Shown: piece after piece, positions 12,994 to 26,339 of the stretch
Position numbering within the stretch: position 1 is the first letter of the stretch
How the letters are laid out: every line of letters starts with the position of its first letter
From: Phoronis australis
Taxonomy: Eukaryota > Animalia > Phoronida
Assembly (NCBI GenBank): GCA_002633005.1
Contig: NMRA01000630.1
Coordinates: 124,001 to 188,000 of the forward strand
DNA length: 64,000 bases
Reading direction: 5' to 3'
The notes under the pieces: model-generated
Database searches by the model: none
What the model was told of the DNA's origin: nothing
Seen by the model: the letters and a program-made list of their open reading frames with translations, nothing else
Translations under genes and position numbers: made by a program

Positions 12994-13520
12994 ATGAAAT
13001 TGTTTGCCAGAACAAAATTTTGCCTACTGCCCAAAAACGATTTCAAGAAGAAGGTTATAACTTTCGAAGTGATCACTGGAAAAAAATATTCATTGTCTTT
13101 TAAAACTACTTATGATTTTAAGTTATGTACACTGGAGTTTAAACTATTACATAGAATACTTGTAACGAACTCTTTTCTTAAAAAAATTAACCTGCTGGAC
13201 TCTGATGTATGTACTTTCTGCCATTCACAAAGTGAAACAGTGGATCACATACTTTTTTCGAATGCAATAATATAAAACTATTGATGGGAGAATGACGCAG
13301 TTGGGTGTTGTTGGTAAAAGGTATAAAAATGGTTATTGGCAAAAAACAATGATTTTGGCATGCCCATAAGTAATGAAAATAAAATTTTAAATTGGATACT
13401 TTTGCAATTACGACATTTTCTGTTCTGTATACCGATACTTTTGCAATTAAAACATTTTCTGTTCTGTATACCAAATAAAAATAAAAATAAAAAAATATAT
13501 GGTAATGTTAACAAGTAATG
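12994..13520 (+). mobile_element. L1/Tx1-type LINE remnant (C-terminal zf-RVT region)
   Basis: FKLLHRILVTNSFLKKINLLDSDVCTFCHSQSETVDHILF matches the CxxC..ETxxH zinc-binding tail of non-LTR RTs. It is disrupted by stops and frameshifts. Confidence 0.8.
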
Positions 13521-13849
13521 TCGAGGACTTTCATTTTATACTTTTAATAAAAAGAAGGATTTTACAAGGATCATTTTTAGGAAAACATGGCTGCATGTCT
13601 GTGTTAACCCACTGTATATCTAAACTGGAGGTACCAATTTGGAGGTGTTATGGGTCCCTTTAGTATTTTCTGCCTTTCTTTGATTTGATTTTTGTGGGGG
13701 GTTCTACTTTTTAAAAATATGTGTGATTTTTGCATGTTATCTCGGTATGTTGCGCTGTATTTCAGCTTTTGATGAAAGATCTATTAATTTGACAATCGGG
13801 ATTATGCAATATCATAATAATTTAGACCCCATATCATTAAAACATTGCC

Positions 13850-14190
13850 ATTAGTCTTTATCAGCAGCTCTTCGTTGTAGTTGGGTTGGAATCTGAATAC
13901 TGGTACAATGTGTATTGTTCATGGTGTGTAGTCGCCATACAATTTTAGTGCGCTTGTTGGCGTGAATTAACAGTACGTCACATTGGGTCCATACAACTTT
14001 TGACTCACTGTAAGTGACGCACAGTGCTTCCTCTTCCCTGGTTTCTTGAATAGGTCTTGAAAAGTATCCATAATCTTTAGACACCATATTCCACAATGGG
14101 TAATGATAATTTTTCATGATCATTTTAGATCGTCCCGTATACCAATTTTTGAGTGTTGCCAAACTTGTGTAAAATAATTCCTTCAAATGA
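13850..14190 (-). mobile_element. Highly degraded non-LTR RT-like remnant
   Basis: Fragments across frames (KIGIRDDL, GYFSRPIQETR) faintly resemble the RT region preceding the QG motif. Weak. Confidence 0.25.
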
Positions 14191-15322
14191 TAAGATTATT
14201 CACTTTTCTCATTCTTTGTGGAATACCCCCTCCAACTAGTGTAGTCTGTAGTCTGCTAAGGAGAGTGCCCCCCAACTACCAAAGTGAATAAAGCCCTCCC
14301 CCCAACAATCATAGTGAGTGAACATTGTTTGAACAGCACCAGCTGTTAATGTGTTTCCCCATTATGACATCTTTTGTACAGGAAGTCTAACATAACACAA
14401 GACCTGAGTTAGCCATAGCAGTGAATGAGGGCCAAGGGGTTTATAGTCAATTTATGGCCAGTACAAACAAACATAGAAAAAAGACCTGAACCCTGAACAC
14501 AATCCCAACTCAGTTGGTCTGTATTCTAACATAACATGACGTGACCAACGTCCGTTATTTTAAAACCCGCAACTTTTGGATTGCCTTCACCTATGTTGGA
14601 TGATATTGAAGTCTACTTTTAATTATGTGGTGGAAGTAGACATGGGGCGGCTGCGGTTTTGTCTATTCATTGTATTATCGCTGTTATCTGGGAAAGGCTT
14701 ACAGAGTTGATATTGAGCTTAGTTTCTCAGTCTATCTCAAGTTGTTGGTTGGTTGCATGTCTTTTTGTCAGTGCCGTGTATACAGAAGTTGAGGTAAGTT
14801 GTGTAGGCCTATGCTGAAGATAACCAAATAGTTCAGTTCTTACGATTAGAGTCTCCATCACTTCTTAGGAATAATTTCTTTCCCATCCACAAAATTTATT
14901 GGCTGGCTTTAGCTAATGGCCTTATCTCTTCATAATGGTTTTCATAGGTGGCAAGTCTCTGCCAACAGTAACAAGCCTTTATACTGTAGTTATTTGTCAG
15001 GAAAGATTACTGAATCTTCCACTTTGTTGTCTATGACCTTTGAACTTGTAATATTAATAACTTACAGTCTGTACTAGTAATTAACTTTTTCTTCAGCTCT
15101 ACTGTCTTCTCAGTTGAGCTTTGTTTTACAAAATTTTTTAACACCGGCTTAAATAAGACTAATCTTTATCTAGTGTGTTCAAGAATGAAAACATAGTCAA
15201 CTCAACCCACTTTCTCACTTATTTCAAACCATTGTCAAAAAGTCGTATTTGTAACTGTTGTTGTATTATTGCATTTCACTTTTCATTTCAGATGATTAAT
15301 TAGGCGTTCATAACTCTCAACC

Positions 15323-18300
15323 ATGGACCAGTCTGTGTGCGGAGTTGGCTCTGCTGCAAGTAAGTAAAACATCGCTGCCTGTGGTCATAAGTTACACTAT
15401 GTATTGCTTAATGCATGGAATATATGGTTGGCAAATGATGTCAATTGATGATATGCATTACATGAATTTCTCTAATTTCTCGTTGGCGTACAAAGTGTTG
15501 GTTTGTTAGTCCAGACAATGGATTACTATTGTGCTCCACGTTTTATTACCGTAAATTATTAAATCATTGAAGACAAGAAGGCGACATTGTAATAAACACA
15601 ACACTGGAATTTACAAAAGTTTGTGCTTTACTGTAATTTATTGACTGATAAAAGTCATTTTGTGTTCCGAATGGATGACAACAAAAGAATTATTGTTTTA
15701 AGTTTAACTGAATTAATGTTTTATTGTGATAAATTCTTTTTCCTTTGTAGAAGACAGCACTGTAAAGCGTGAGAGGCCGGGGTATACATCAGCCACACAG
15801 GCACTGAATGCTTACATTGATGAGTTCTCGGGGTCACAACCAAAGGTCAGGAAATACTACAGAGACGTTAGCGATCTTCTTACACCAAGATCAGCGCTGG
15901 AGTTGACTGTGGAGAGGTTGGAGTAATGTTTTAAAGCTTTTATCAACCCGTGTTGTTAAAAAGTTTCAAGTTTTGATTTTGCTCACATATGGCAGTCTGA
16001 TCTTAATCCTTGCCCTAATTGAATGTAGTATTGTTTCATTATAATGTTGAGAACAGAATCAATAAATTGATTCAAGTCAACTGGTTCGAGTCACATGGAC
16101 TCCTTTCATTAAACCATTTAGTCTTAACTTAATAAACTGAATTAACACTGCTGCCATTCTATCACGTGTCACGTTGTGCTCGCTGAACAATGCTGTTGAC
16201 GTCATGACAACGATCAAACTACGAGACTTTCATGAAATAGAGACCTCGTCTTTTTATTGTGATCTGAGTGTAGTCTCCAACAACGATGATGTGTCATTTC
16301 TTCTTTAACTCTAAAATGACTTCGTATCTTAGCACGGAATCAAATGAACCACTCTCAAAATTGAAGGTGGTCTAAATCAACATTTTTTTGGAAAAAGTAA
16401 CATTTGGGAGCGGAAACGAATCAGGTACCCTGGTGATCACAGTCAAACACTCTGTGTAATGTATGATGGGCCTGAATCCCACCCGGTTAATGGCGGAGTA
16501 TTTTAAGCGTTTTTGTCTGGTGAAATAACTGAGTTTGATTTCAGTAGATGTCTGACTGAATGTCGGCTGTTCAACTTTTTAGTTCAAAAATAGAATGTAT
16601 TAAAGGGTTTTACAACCGATTTGAAATTTTATTTGAGTAATGTGATAAAGCCACATGATAAACTTTCTAGATTTGTGCCAAGACACACAGCAATGACCTG
16701 TTGATGTCGCAGCGTAATGTTAACACCTTTGCCTGCCATCTAGTGTCAGGTAGAAGAACTAAAAGGGCTGTCATGTAACGGAACTAGTCTAGCCAAATGG
16801 ATGCAGAATAAACAAATTGTTGTGGCATGCTCCTTTAGATGACATGATTGAGTTATTTGACCTCAGTTAATGGTACTATCACAGGGAGCTCTATATTGCA
16901 TGTTTGCTATCTTATTTTTCCGTGTTCCAGGTCGCTACAAACAGATGTGCGTGACACTCCTCAAGAGGCACGTCTGTACAAGATACGTCAGATGGTGGAC
17001 CGAGCCTACAAGCAAGTGTTAGCAGACGAACAGCACAGGAGTGAAGGTGAGGTGCCACCTGGTAGCCTTCGTACAAACCATGGTTGTAAGACGCAGTGTC
17101 AAGGGTGATACTTTGGTTGTGACACTTGAGGTGCAAATGGAGAGAGAATTTTAAGCTCAGATTGTTGTCGGGTTGAAAATAGCAGTGATCGGGTGGACAG
17201 TGTTTGGCCAATCCGACTCTGTCTCCCTCCATATAATGTTTATCTACCTGTAGGCTTATAATGAGAGAATTCAAATCTGTTGACTATTTCAACCACTAAA
17301 ATTTGTAGAACTCCATTGCTGAAACTTTTGGTGTATTTCCGAAAGTAAGTAAACAAAAATGCCATCTATTGGAGAATCATAAAACTGGTCAATCGGCTGT
17401 GCTGTTAAGTGTTTTCTTTGTTACAGATGCAAGTGAATGACGTTTTGTTTCATTGGCAGTAACGAACACTGTGTAATACATCAACTGTACCTCGTACTCG
17501 AAAAAAAATGTTCGGGTGGTCGGGCATTTTGTATTTGAATGTGATGTATGTTTCATGATAAAATGACTGATAACAGAGTCTTGGCAATTAAGAAATGAGT
17601 TTTGCAAATCTTCCCGTTTTTATCCAAAGCCATTCCAAGCTGAATTTTGACACTCTGCACTGTGCGACCAAACAATACTGAACCTCTGCTTCTACCTCTT
17701 AACTGACTGCCTCCCCCCATTGATGAACCATCAGGATTATTTTATTTACAACTATTGATTTGGACAACTTACCATTTATTGATCTCGGATTGTTCCAAAC
17801 TGGAGATTAGTTGAAGACTTTGAAAGAATTGCTTTAGAGCGGACTCTTGCAAGTTGTCAATACGTGTCATTTTATGTGCCCATCATGGTTTCATTGAGTA
17901 ACGAAGATGATGCAGTCAGTTTATGTAAATGTGATCTTAATCAAAAGTTAGCTACACGTACCAGTGAATTGAGCGCCAGCTAATACTGGCTTTCATGCTG
18001 CCTGCCCAGCGTTCCACTGCATACCACTAGACAGTCAAGCTGGGTTGGCATGCTCATAAAAAATCGTTGAAAAGTGGAAGTATTTTATGAGTCCTTTGAA
18101 TTTGAAATTAAAGAATTTTTTAACTGTAGTTTAATACAATGCTTCATTTCAGTGAAGACTGCCCTGCAGCAGTCGTCACGCCTGCTGAGAGAGATATCCT
18201 CTGACGAGATGACCAGTGTTCACAGCTCTAGTAGTGACACTGACCATGACATGGGCAGCATGACAACAGACTTCCTGCTTTCTATCCCAGCTGGTCGTCA

Positions 18301-21300
18301 TGGAAACAGGTCATCAGGGAAATCTAAGAACAGTCATATGTACTCGTACCGGAGTAAGAAGCCGACACCATTGGGCCAGTCTCTGGATGGTGGTCCGTTT
18401 AGTTCGGATACAAAACTTTCTGTTCGTGATTCTTCATTGCCTGTGTCTGGTAAAGAGAATAAACCTTGGGGTTATAGCAGTGAAAGGGCGGGGCACACAT
18501 TAAAAAACGTAGATTCAAAATACTCATTAAAAAACACGGACAGTTTTAGAACTGTACTGTCTCCCAAAATGACTTTGTCACAATTTCAGCCAGAAAGACT
18601 TAGAAGTGAACCAAGGGATGCAAGCAAAAGAGGGCGCCCTCTTCCAAGTTATATAGGCGAGCTGGAAATGTCGCATGTGACAGATCATGGCCATGTTACT
18701 CCCAGCTGGGTTGATGACTTGGAGGATATGATTGGGCCCTGCCAGAGGGAGCATGTCCCACCTGCACTTCGGGTAAATTCAGCTATGAAATCAAAATCTA
18801 GTGGCTATGACAAAATGAGTGTGAATCAAAACATTGTTTCTCGCGGGAAACCACCCAGCTGGGTCGATGCGTTGGACTCATCAGTTGTCAGTGGAAGACC
18901 AGCGCCCTCATGGGTCGGGGATTTGGACAGTTCAGCCCTAGCCAGCAGAGGACACTCTTTGCCTTCATATATCGGAGCGCTGGACAAGTCTTGTGTGTCC
19001 TCGCTGTCTGTGGCAGGAAATGTTAGTGGTGGGAAACACTCCAGTTCTAGCGAATCAGATGTGAGCCGTCGCACACCTTCACGAGTGTTGTCGTGGTTCC
19101 AAGATTTAGAGAAGGGGAACAACATCGTAAAACCAACAACTCAGGCACCCAGCTGGGTAGGGGACTTAGAGGTGAGCGCGTACCATGGTCGCCCTAATCC
19201 CAGTTGGATTGGTGATGTTTCAACGTCAACAGCCATCACGAAGGCAAAAGAAGAGCTGAGTGCAAAGCCGAGACATTTTGAGGGAAAATCTGAAGAAAAA
19301 CTTTCTCAGTCCCTCTCATCCAACAGCTCGCAGTCTAGCAAGTTATCTTTGGATGACTTGAAAACAACACCAAGGAAATCTAAAGGGGTAGTGGTGTATG
19401 AAGGACGAAGAATGTTGAAAGAAAATGTGGGGAAAGCGGAGAAAATATCAAACTTGAATAGGGATTCAAGAACTGTTTTTCGGGGTCATCTTCATGGTAA
19501 CAAAAATCCTGCCAACAAGGGAGACAATTTAAAATTGAAACAAGGCCCCATCAAAAAGAGCTACAGTGGCTCCCTCTCTCAGCATTCAACTAAGAATAGT
19601 GCCAGAAAAGACCATGAGAGTCGGAAAGAAAATCCAACAAATGACCTCGATGCAGTGAAGGCAGATTGCAGACGTAACGTATATGAAAAAAGAGCTGTCT
19701 CATCGGTTACCCAACCGAGCCATCCAGCTGGGCAACTTGTGTCTAGTGTTACTTTAAACTTTAAACCTGGTGTTTATGACAACGTGAACAGAACACTTTC
19801 TACTCAGGAAGTCAACGAGCATTTGACGGCCAGTGAGATTGCAGTTCTTGACAAGTACAAAGTGAAAGTCACTGGAGGGGGAGACGTGACCGGTAAAGGT
19901 TCGCTGACACGTTTATCACGTAAGTGCCAAAAACTCAACATGTTTTGTGCAATACACGCCTAAAGTATTCAGATAAAAAAACAGCATTCCATGTCATGAT
20001 GGCCGTACGTCAAATTCATCTTCAGATTAGCGTTATTTTATGACCAAGAAAGAACGGGAATTAGCGGCAAAATAATTAAGATGGCTTCGACATTGTGTGA
20101 CTAGAATTGTGGTGCCATATTGACCAGGCATTTTTGTCATTTCCAAAATTGGAGCTCTGTTATGACAAAGACGTGCTCTTTTAGTATGTTTTAGTATCAT
20201 TATCATTTTTGTTTATTGTACACAACATCGTATTTAGACAAAATACTGTGTGATGGCCAGTTGTGCATAAATTAGAAGAAATGACTGGTAAAGACGAGAT
20301 GTCACTGATCATTTCAGTACATTCCCTACTCTAGAATGACATTCCTGCCTTCAATGACTTTCCCGTAAAATCTCAGTCATGACAGTCAACTATCATTATG
20401 GAGAAATTGGCTTGTACTTTGCCTTCATTGTGCAGGGCTACAATTGTGATAAGTTTTGATTGCGCTCACCTTCGTGACTGTCAACTAAAAGGACAATGAA
20501 TTTCTCTTCTGCTCAAGAATTTGAGGTGCATCGTGTCAGATTTCTTTTCCTTTTAAACTATCTGATCTGATTTCTGTGATTGGTCCACACTTTCACAAGC
20601 TCAATTTCTTAATCAGGTCATACTTGTTTTTTATAATCCTTGAACGACTGTTCAGGCTTAATTATTTTTTTTGTGAAATGTGGACGTGGAATTTACTTGC
20701 CTCCTTAGGCCAATATTTTGGTACTTCTAGTAAAATATCTTGACGGTACACCTCTTAGTGGAAACACATTTTTCTTGCATTCTGTTTTGCAGTGTCGCCA
20801 ATAAAGCTTGCAGACGAGCAGTCAGCCAAAACAGAGACCCCTGTTGGTAGCCCTCCAAACACTGATATCATTTTGGATGGTGACAGAACATGGGAGAGAA
20901 TTCCGTCATAGTAAGAAAAAGTTGCTGTGTTTGAACATCATTTGCTGTTTATTACAATTGAAAAATATAAATCGGTAAATAAAACAACAAGAATGGATCA
21001 ACTGAAATTTGAAATTTTCGGATGTAATAGCTTCCTTTGTCAACAAAAACAAAGGAAGTTATTGCATCCGAAAATTTCAAATTTCAGTTGATCCATTCTT
21101 GTTGTTTTATTTACTGATTTATATTCTACACTTCGTGAAACAATAGTATCCTTGGGAGGATCTGGATCGCCTTATTTAGTTTCAGATTTATTTTCTACGT
21201 TAATTAAAATTGAGAAATTTAGCTCTTAGAAGTTGGAACAGTAATGTTGAATATGTTGTGTTTGTTGTAGTCCATAACATCGTTATTAAAGAGACTGCAA

Positions 21301-24300
21301 TATTTTTGAGGATGAAATTCATTTAATCGATATTCAATAATACAAAAGGGTGAAAAGAGAAGCAGCTTTAATCCTAAAACTCACTTTAGGTGGAACTTGC
21401 ATGCTAATTCCTTATCTTTGTGATTCGTTGGCCAAAGTAGTTAGAAACACAACATATAGCGACGATGTGAATATGGAGTAGGTTGAAAATAGCCAAATGC
21501 TTTTAAGAACAAGTTTTGTGCCGTGAATAACTGGACGATGTCCAGTAAGTATCATGACGTGGTGTTGGGGAATAACACTGCATGATATGGGCTATGTGAG
21601 CCTGCGAAGTACGTCATTAATGCAAAGGTCACGTATTTGCAGAATTTTTTGTTTTCACATTTACAATTTGTCAATGAATACAACTGTACTTTGTTTAGCG
21701 TAGATTATGTTCAAATAGCATTGTAATTTGTTTAGTTCCTGCTATACAGTAGCATGGTTAGGAGCATGCAAATGGATATTTAAACTCTAGATTTTGTTTT
21801 CAAGTCTTGTCTTCCAATAATGTATTTCCAGCAAGTCACCCAAGTGTGTTCAGGAACTGAAAACCTCGTCAACTATTCAAGATAGTGGAAAGGTAACAGC
21901 TAACTGGCAGTTTTTCTTTTTTGAAACCTACGGCTTTCCCCAGTAGTGGTAATCATTGTTATAAAATTGCCAGTCCAATGACCTTGACAGTGAATTGCAC
22001 TTGGATTCTTGTGGACGAAATGAACATGATTTTCATTTCCGTCTGTAATGCCTACATCATGAAGAGAGTGTAGTTAACTCCCCTGCATCTAGAGCTGCTG
22101 GATTTATGGGATTAAATTATTGATGGTTGGTGTGAGTTAGCTTGTCGTTACTGTACATAGCCTCGCTATTTTTGAAATCCATTGTTTTGGTTGACAGTTT
22201 AGAGTGAAACCCCTTGTTTTCATTCTTCCTCACCACAAACTCATTAATGGAAAATGGCCAGGACTATGTAAACTGAATTACTTCACGGACTATATAAACT
22301 GAGGTACTTCAGGGACTATACAAACTGGACACGCTTTTGTATCTGATTTGACTATAAGATCCACTTGCACTGTTTGGTTTATTGTCCTGACAATGAAAAG
22401 AAATGTCTTGCTTTATTGAAGTAACTCCTGACATCACCAGCTTAATGTTTACTGCCTTGAAATTGTGTGTCAGACCAAACAAATGGTTTTGGTTTGTCCA
22501 TGAATACCGCGATCAGAGTAGCGATTACTCGAGATGGCCACTCACAATAAAATTATAGTATTTTGTAGCGTGCCTGTTACATGTGATAAAACACGGACCT
22601 AATGGAGCTCACTGATTGGTCCAATAAGAAGGTTCACTGCTACGAGATGGATTTATTTCACTTTGAAATCATCAGTTTAGCGCAATTTGGGGTTTCACAC
22701 ATTTGTATTAAAGATACGCATACTTGTTCTAGTGCTGTGTACATTTTGCTACTGGTGTCACTTTAACTACTCTTCCTCTAACCTTGCCTGGCTTTCGTAA
22801 ATGTAAATGTAAATGACGAGTATTTCACTATGCTGGATAAGTGTTCACCAAGACTATGATTAACAAAGCTTGTCTCCATCAAAATTTCAACTGTCTACAA
22901 ACGAAGCACGAGTTCTTGAAAATACGATTACATTGATTTGTTGAGGTCGTGTCGTTTCAGATACCCTTCTTCAGGAGTGTGACTTTAGTCGACGGTTTCA
23001 TTAAGGAGTGTCTTAGTGATGCGTGTGACCATATGCCACCCTATTATAAAACAGTTAATATTATTTAAATATTTTTGACACACTGTTTGATTTCACTGTT
23101 TTATGGTTCTTTTTTGTTTTTGTTAATTGGATATTGGTAAAAGACTGATCTTTTGGATAAAGCAAAAAAACGTTGTTTGTTCTGGTCTCTACCTTGACTC
23201 ATTTTGAGATCTGCGCTCACCACTAAAAAATACCAACCCTCCTCATTCATCCCAGGTCACCTTTTTTTCTTAAAATGCTGTACAAAATCCCATAACCATG
23301 GTTTGAAACGCCACAATTTGACAAAAAACAGATTCTGTCTGCATCATTTTTTGTCGTTTCAAGTGGATTTTCTTTTGGACTACAGTACACCGACTACAGA
23401 ACACTCTCACCAAGACAATAATAATTATCAAAAATGTTGTCTGGTTGTATCTGTGATACAGAGTTTTGAGATGGAAAAACATCAATATAAGGCTAGATGT
23501 TCATAATTGTCTTTTATTAATAAATGAGAAAATGAAATTTCACTTGTCCGCCATGTTCCAGTATGTCCTCAGTTGGTGAGACTTTACTGTACGACTCGTG
23601 TTGTACCAAGATGGCTCTCAGTGCAGTTGAAAATAGCAAAATCTGAGTGGTAACCGGCCAACGTTGTATTACCTTTGTATTGAGAGAGATGTGCACAGTG
23701 TCGCATTTCAGACAATGTATTTGGCTTACTTTGCTGATTTTCACCCATCCGCAGCCCACTGTTCTGAGAACGAGGTTGGTGTAACAGGGCCAGTGGCGTC
23801 AGTGTCAGACTTGTGTTGTGTATTGACGTAGTCTACAAATTCAGTTGTTGAATTGACTGTTAAATCTTCATCCAGTGATACCCGCTTATTTCAGAAGATG
23901 TCACCACGTCTGACGGGTCGGCAACAGCCGGGCGGGATGGAGGCATTGAAGAACATGTTGTTTACACTGCAGGCTGTCGCTTCGTCGGCTGACACAGAGT
24001 TGAATGAAGGTCATGGTTATGACAGAGACACTGTGGCAGAAAGCAGTCAGGTAAGTTACTAGTGATATGTGTAGGTGTCGCCAATTTTACTTATATTAAA
24101 ATTGCAGATTGGCCTATAAGGTGGCTAAAGTTCGAAATGAAGGCTTTTTGGCATTTCATGCATCAATACGAGTCGGGATTTTTATCTGGGTCTAAAAAAT
24201 CCCCAGAGCTCTGCATTCCCTGACAATTATTGCCAAAGAATTTAACCGGCATTCACGAATGTATCTTAGGTGTGAATCTTGGGTGAGAATACTAGAACAT

Positions 24301-25902
24301 GTTAGTTTTGAGGATATTTTTACCCGTGGTTCACAGAATGAAGATTCGTTTCAAGGTATGACATATTTCAGGCTTGAAAGGGGTTACTAGCCCCCTTTAG
24401 TGGCTTAGAATTTTGAGAATGGTTATAAGTCATGGGTGCTATTCACCCACAATAGGTCTTTTGAAACTGATGTATAATGTCAGTGAAAGTAGATCTTTGT
24501 GAACCCTGCTGTTAGTCATACAACAACTGAACCAATTGGACTGTGTACAGTAAACACAGCTCACCAAAGGGTTTATGGTCCTGGTGCAAAGATGATAGTT
24601 CAATGCCCCCTATGAGTCAGTGAATAGGTGAGCCCAGAGTGATCAAATAAATCTGTTTAATTTGGATTATAGCCACTTTATTCATCAAACTCATGTCCGG
24701 TAACTTTAATGAGTGTTAGTTGTAGCGTTGGAAATAGCTGGTAGTAGGAGTGTAGGTTGCTGTAAAATTTCCAGTTTTGGACAAACACAATTGCTAAAAT
24801 TACCATATTTTTATTTTTCAAAAGCCTGCCACATTGTTAGAGGTGTTCAAACTTCACCAAATGTTGTTTAGTAATGGCTAATGAAGCCATTCGACAAATG
24901 AAACTGAACTTGCCATATCATGTTTCGAACTGAAGAAATTTTACCGTTATTGAAACAAATATGCTGGATTGGCCAGACTTCCTAGCTTGAGCCCAGTGAG
25001 GCCTGAAATCCGTTTCAAGAATGTGTGCTAATTGCACTTTAGATGATATATCACTTTAGACATTTGTTTATGGCACATTTTGTTTCAGTCTCATGAAAAT
25101 CTCCATTGTGAGGGAGAAGGTCTGGATAATGACATGAGAGACGTGATTATGGAGCAGTTTGCAACAGAGCCAGGGGGCAAGTCTCTGGAGAGGCAAGTTA
25201 TGTTTGTTAGAGACAAATTATTCACGGATTATTTCAACTTGCACCACACCGCTTCCTTTGAGTGTTGGTTCCATAGTTAACTCATGTGAACTCACTTTCT
25301 GTCAAGAATATTCAAACTTTGATGTAGACGACTTGTCATTATAAAGCTGGTCTCAACTTGTCATTATAAAGCCGGTCTCATCTTGCCATTATAAAGCTGG
25401 TCTCATCTTGCCATTATAAAGCTGGTCTCATCTTGCCATTATAAAGCCGGTCTCAACTTGTCATTATAAAGCCGGTCTCATCTTGTCATTATAAAGCTGG
25501 TCTCATCTAGCCATTATAAAGCTGGTCTCAACTTGTCATTATAAAGCTGGTCTCATCTTGCTCTTTTTCGATGAATCAAAGCTGCTGTGTCAGTTCAACT
25601 TGCTGAGTGTTGTCAGGAACACTAAAAAAATACCACTTCTTCTCAAGCTCAGAAATGGAATTCTAATCTAAGACCAATTTTTGACAGTTTGTGGACTAAA
25701 TCCAAAGCTTGTTTTCGATGAAAGAGAGGTTTGCAACAGTTTTAAATTGTTAACGGTTGAGTAACTTTTGTAGTGACCAAAGCTGACAGCTGTTTAATAG
25801 AGTCACGTTCATTGCAGGGCAATGCAGCATCTGTCAAGATTAAAATCCTTGGTTGCCATGGGCAACAGTGAGAAGACATCAGGCAAAGGCAGCAATGAAT
25901 GA
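15323..25902 (+). CDS. C18orf54: Lung adenoma susceptibility protein 2 (LAS2 / C18orf54)-like protein, about 900 aa
   Basis: Exons 15323-15359, 15751-15916, 16931-17046, 18153-19919, 20793-20910, 21832-21892, 22961-23053, 23895-24050, 25089-25192 and 25818-25902 have consistent phases (2703 nt). Motifs match recalled vertebrate LAS2 blocks: YTSATQALNAYIDEF, SMTTDFLLSIPA, DGDRTWERIPSYKSP, GMEALKNMLFTLQAV and SLERAMQHLSRLKSLV. The donor of the 22961 exon is the least certain. Confidence 0.85.
20964..21125. repeat. Near-perfect intronic hairpin (about 77-bp arms, short loop)
   Basis: AATATAAATCGGTAAATAAAACAACAAGAATGGATCAACTGAAATTTGAAATTTTCGGATG...CTTCCTTTGT pairs with its reverse complement ending at 21125, with about 3 mismatches. 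Confidence 0.9.
25331..25561. repeat. Minisatellite, 25-bp unit x about 9
   Basis: Unit (A/T)CTTG(T/C)CATTATAAAGC(T/C)GGTCTCA, in the last LAS2-like intron. Confidence 0.95.
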
Positions 25903-26114
25903 TGGTGATTTCTGGTCAATCACAGTTACATGTATCACTAGGATTTATGGTTAGATAGTCATTGCTGGAGTAAGATTTCTTGGGGAATCTTATTATGGGA
26001 AGTCTGACCACGGGCCCTTGGTAATTTAATGATACCCCATCTAGAGGCCACAAGTTTTATTAGGAGTGACAATTGTGATTGCGAGGTGAGGTCTGGGATT
26101 TGTGTAGTGGAACT

Positions 26115-26264
26115 CCTGAATTGTGAGACGTGCCCCCTGAATTGTAAGGCATGGCCCCTGAATTGTGAGACGTGGCCCCTGAGTTGTGAGGCTTGGCCCC
26201 TGAATTGTGAGGCATGGCCCCTGAATTGTGAGGCATGGCCCCTGAATTGTGAGGCATGGCCCTA
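26115..26264. repeat. Minisatellite, 21-bp unit x about 7
   Basis: Unit CCTGAATTGTGAGGCATGGCC, just downstream of the LAS2-like stop codon. Confidence 0.95.
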
Positions 26265-26339
26265 AACTGTTAAGCGGGACCCTACACTGTGCCTTTGTTA
26301 GCTTCATGATTAATTCTGCTTTGTCCATATGGAGTAATG

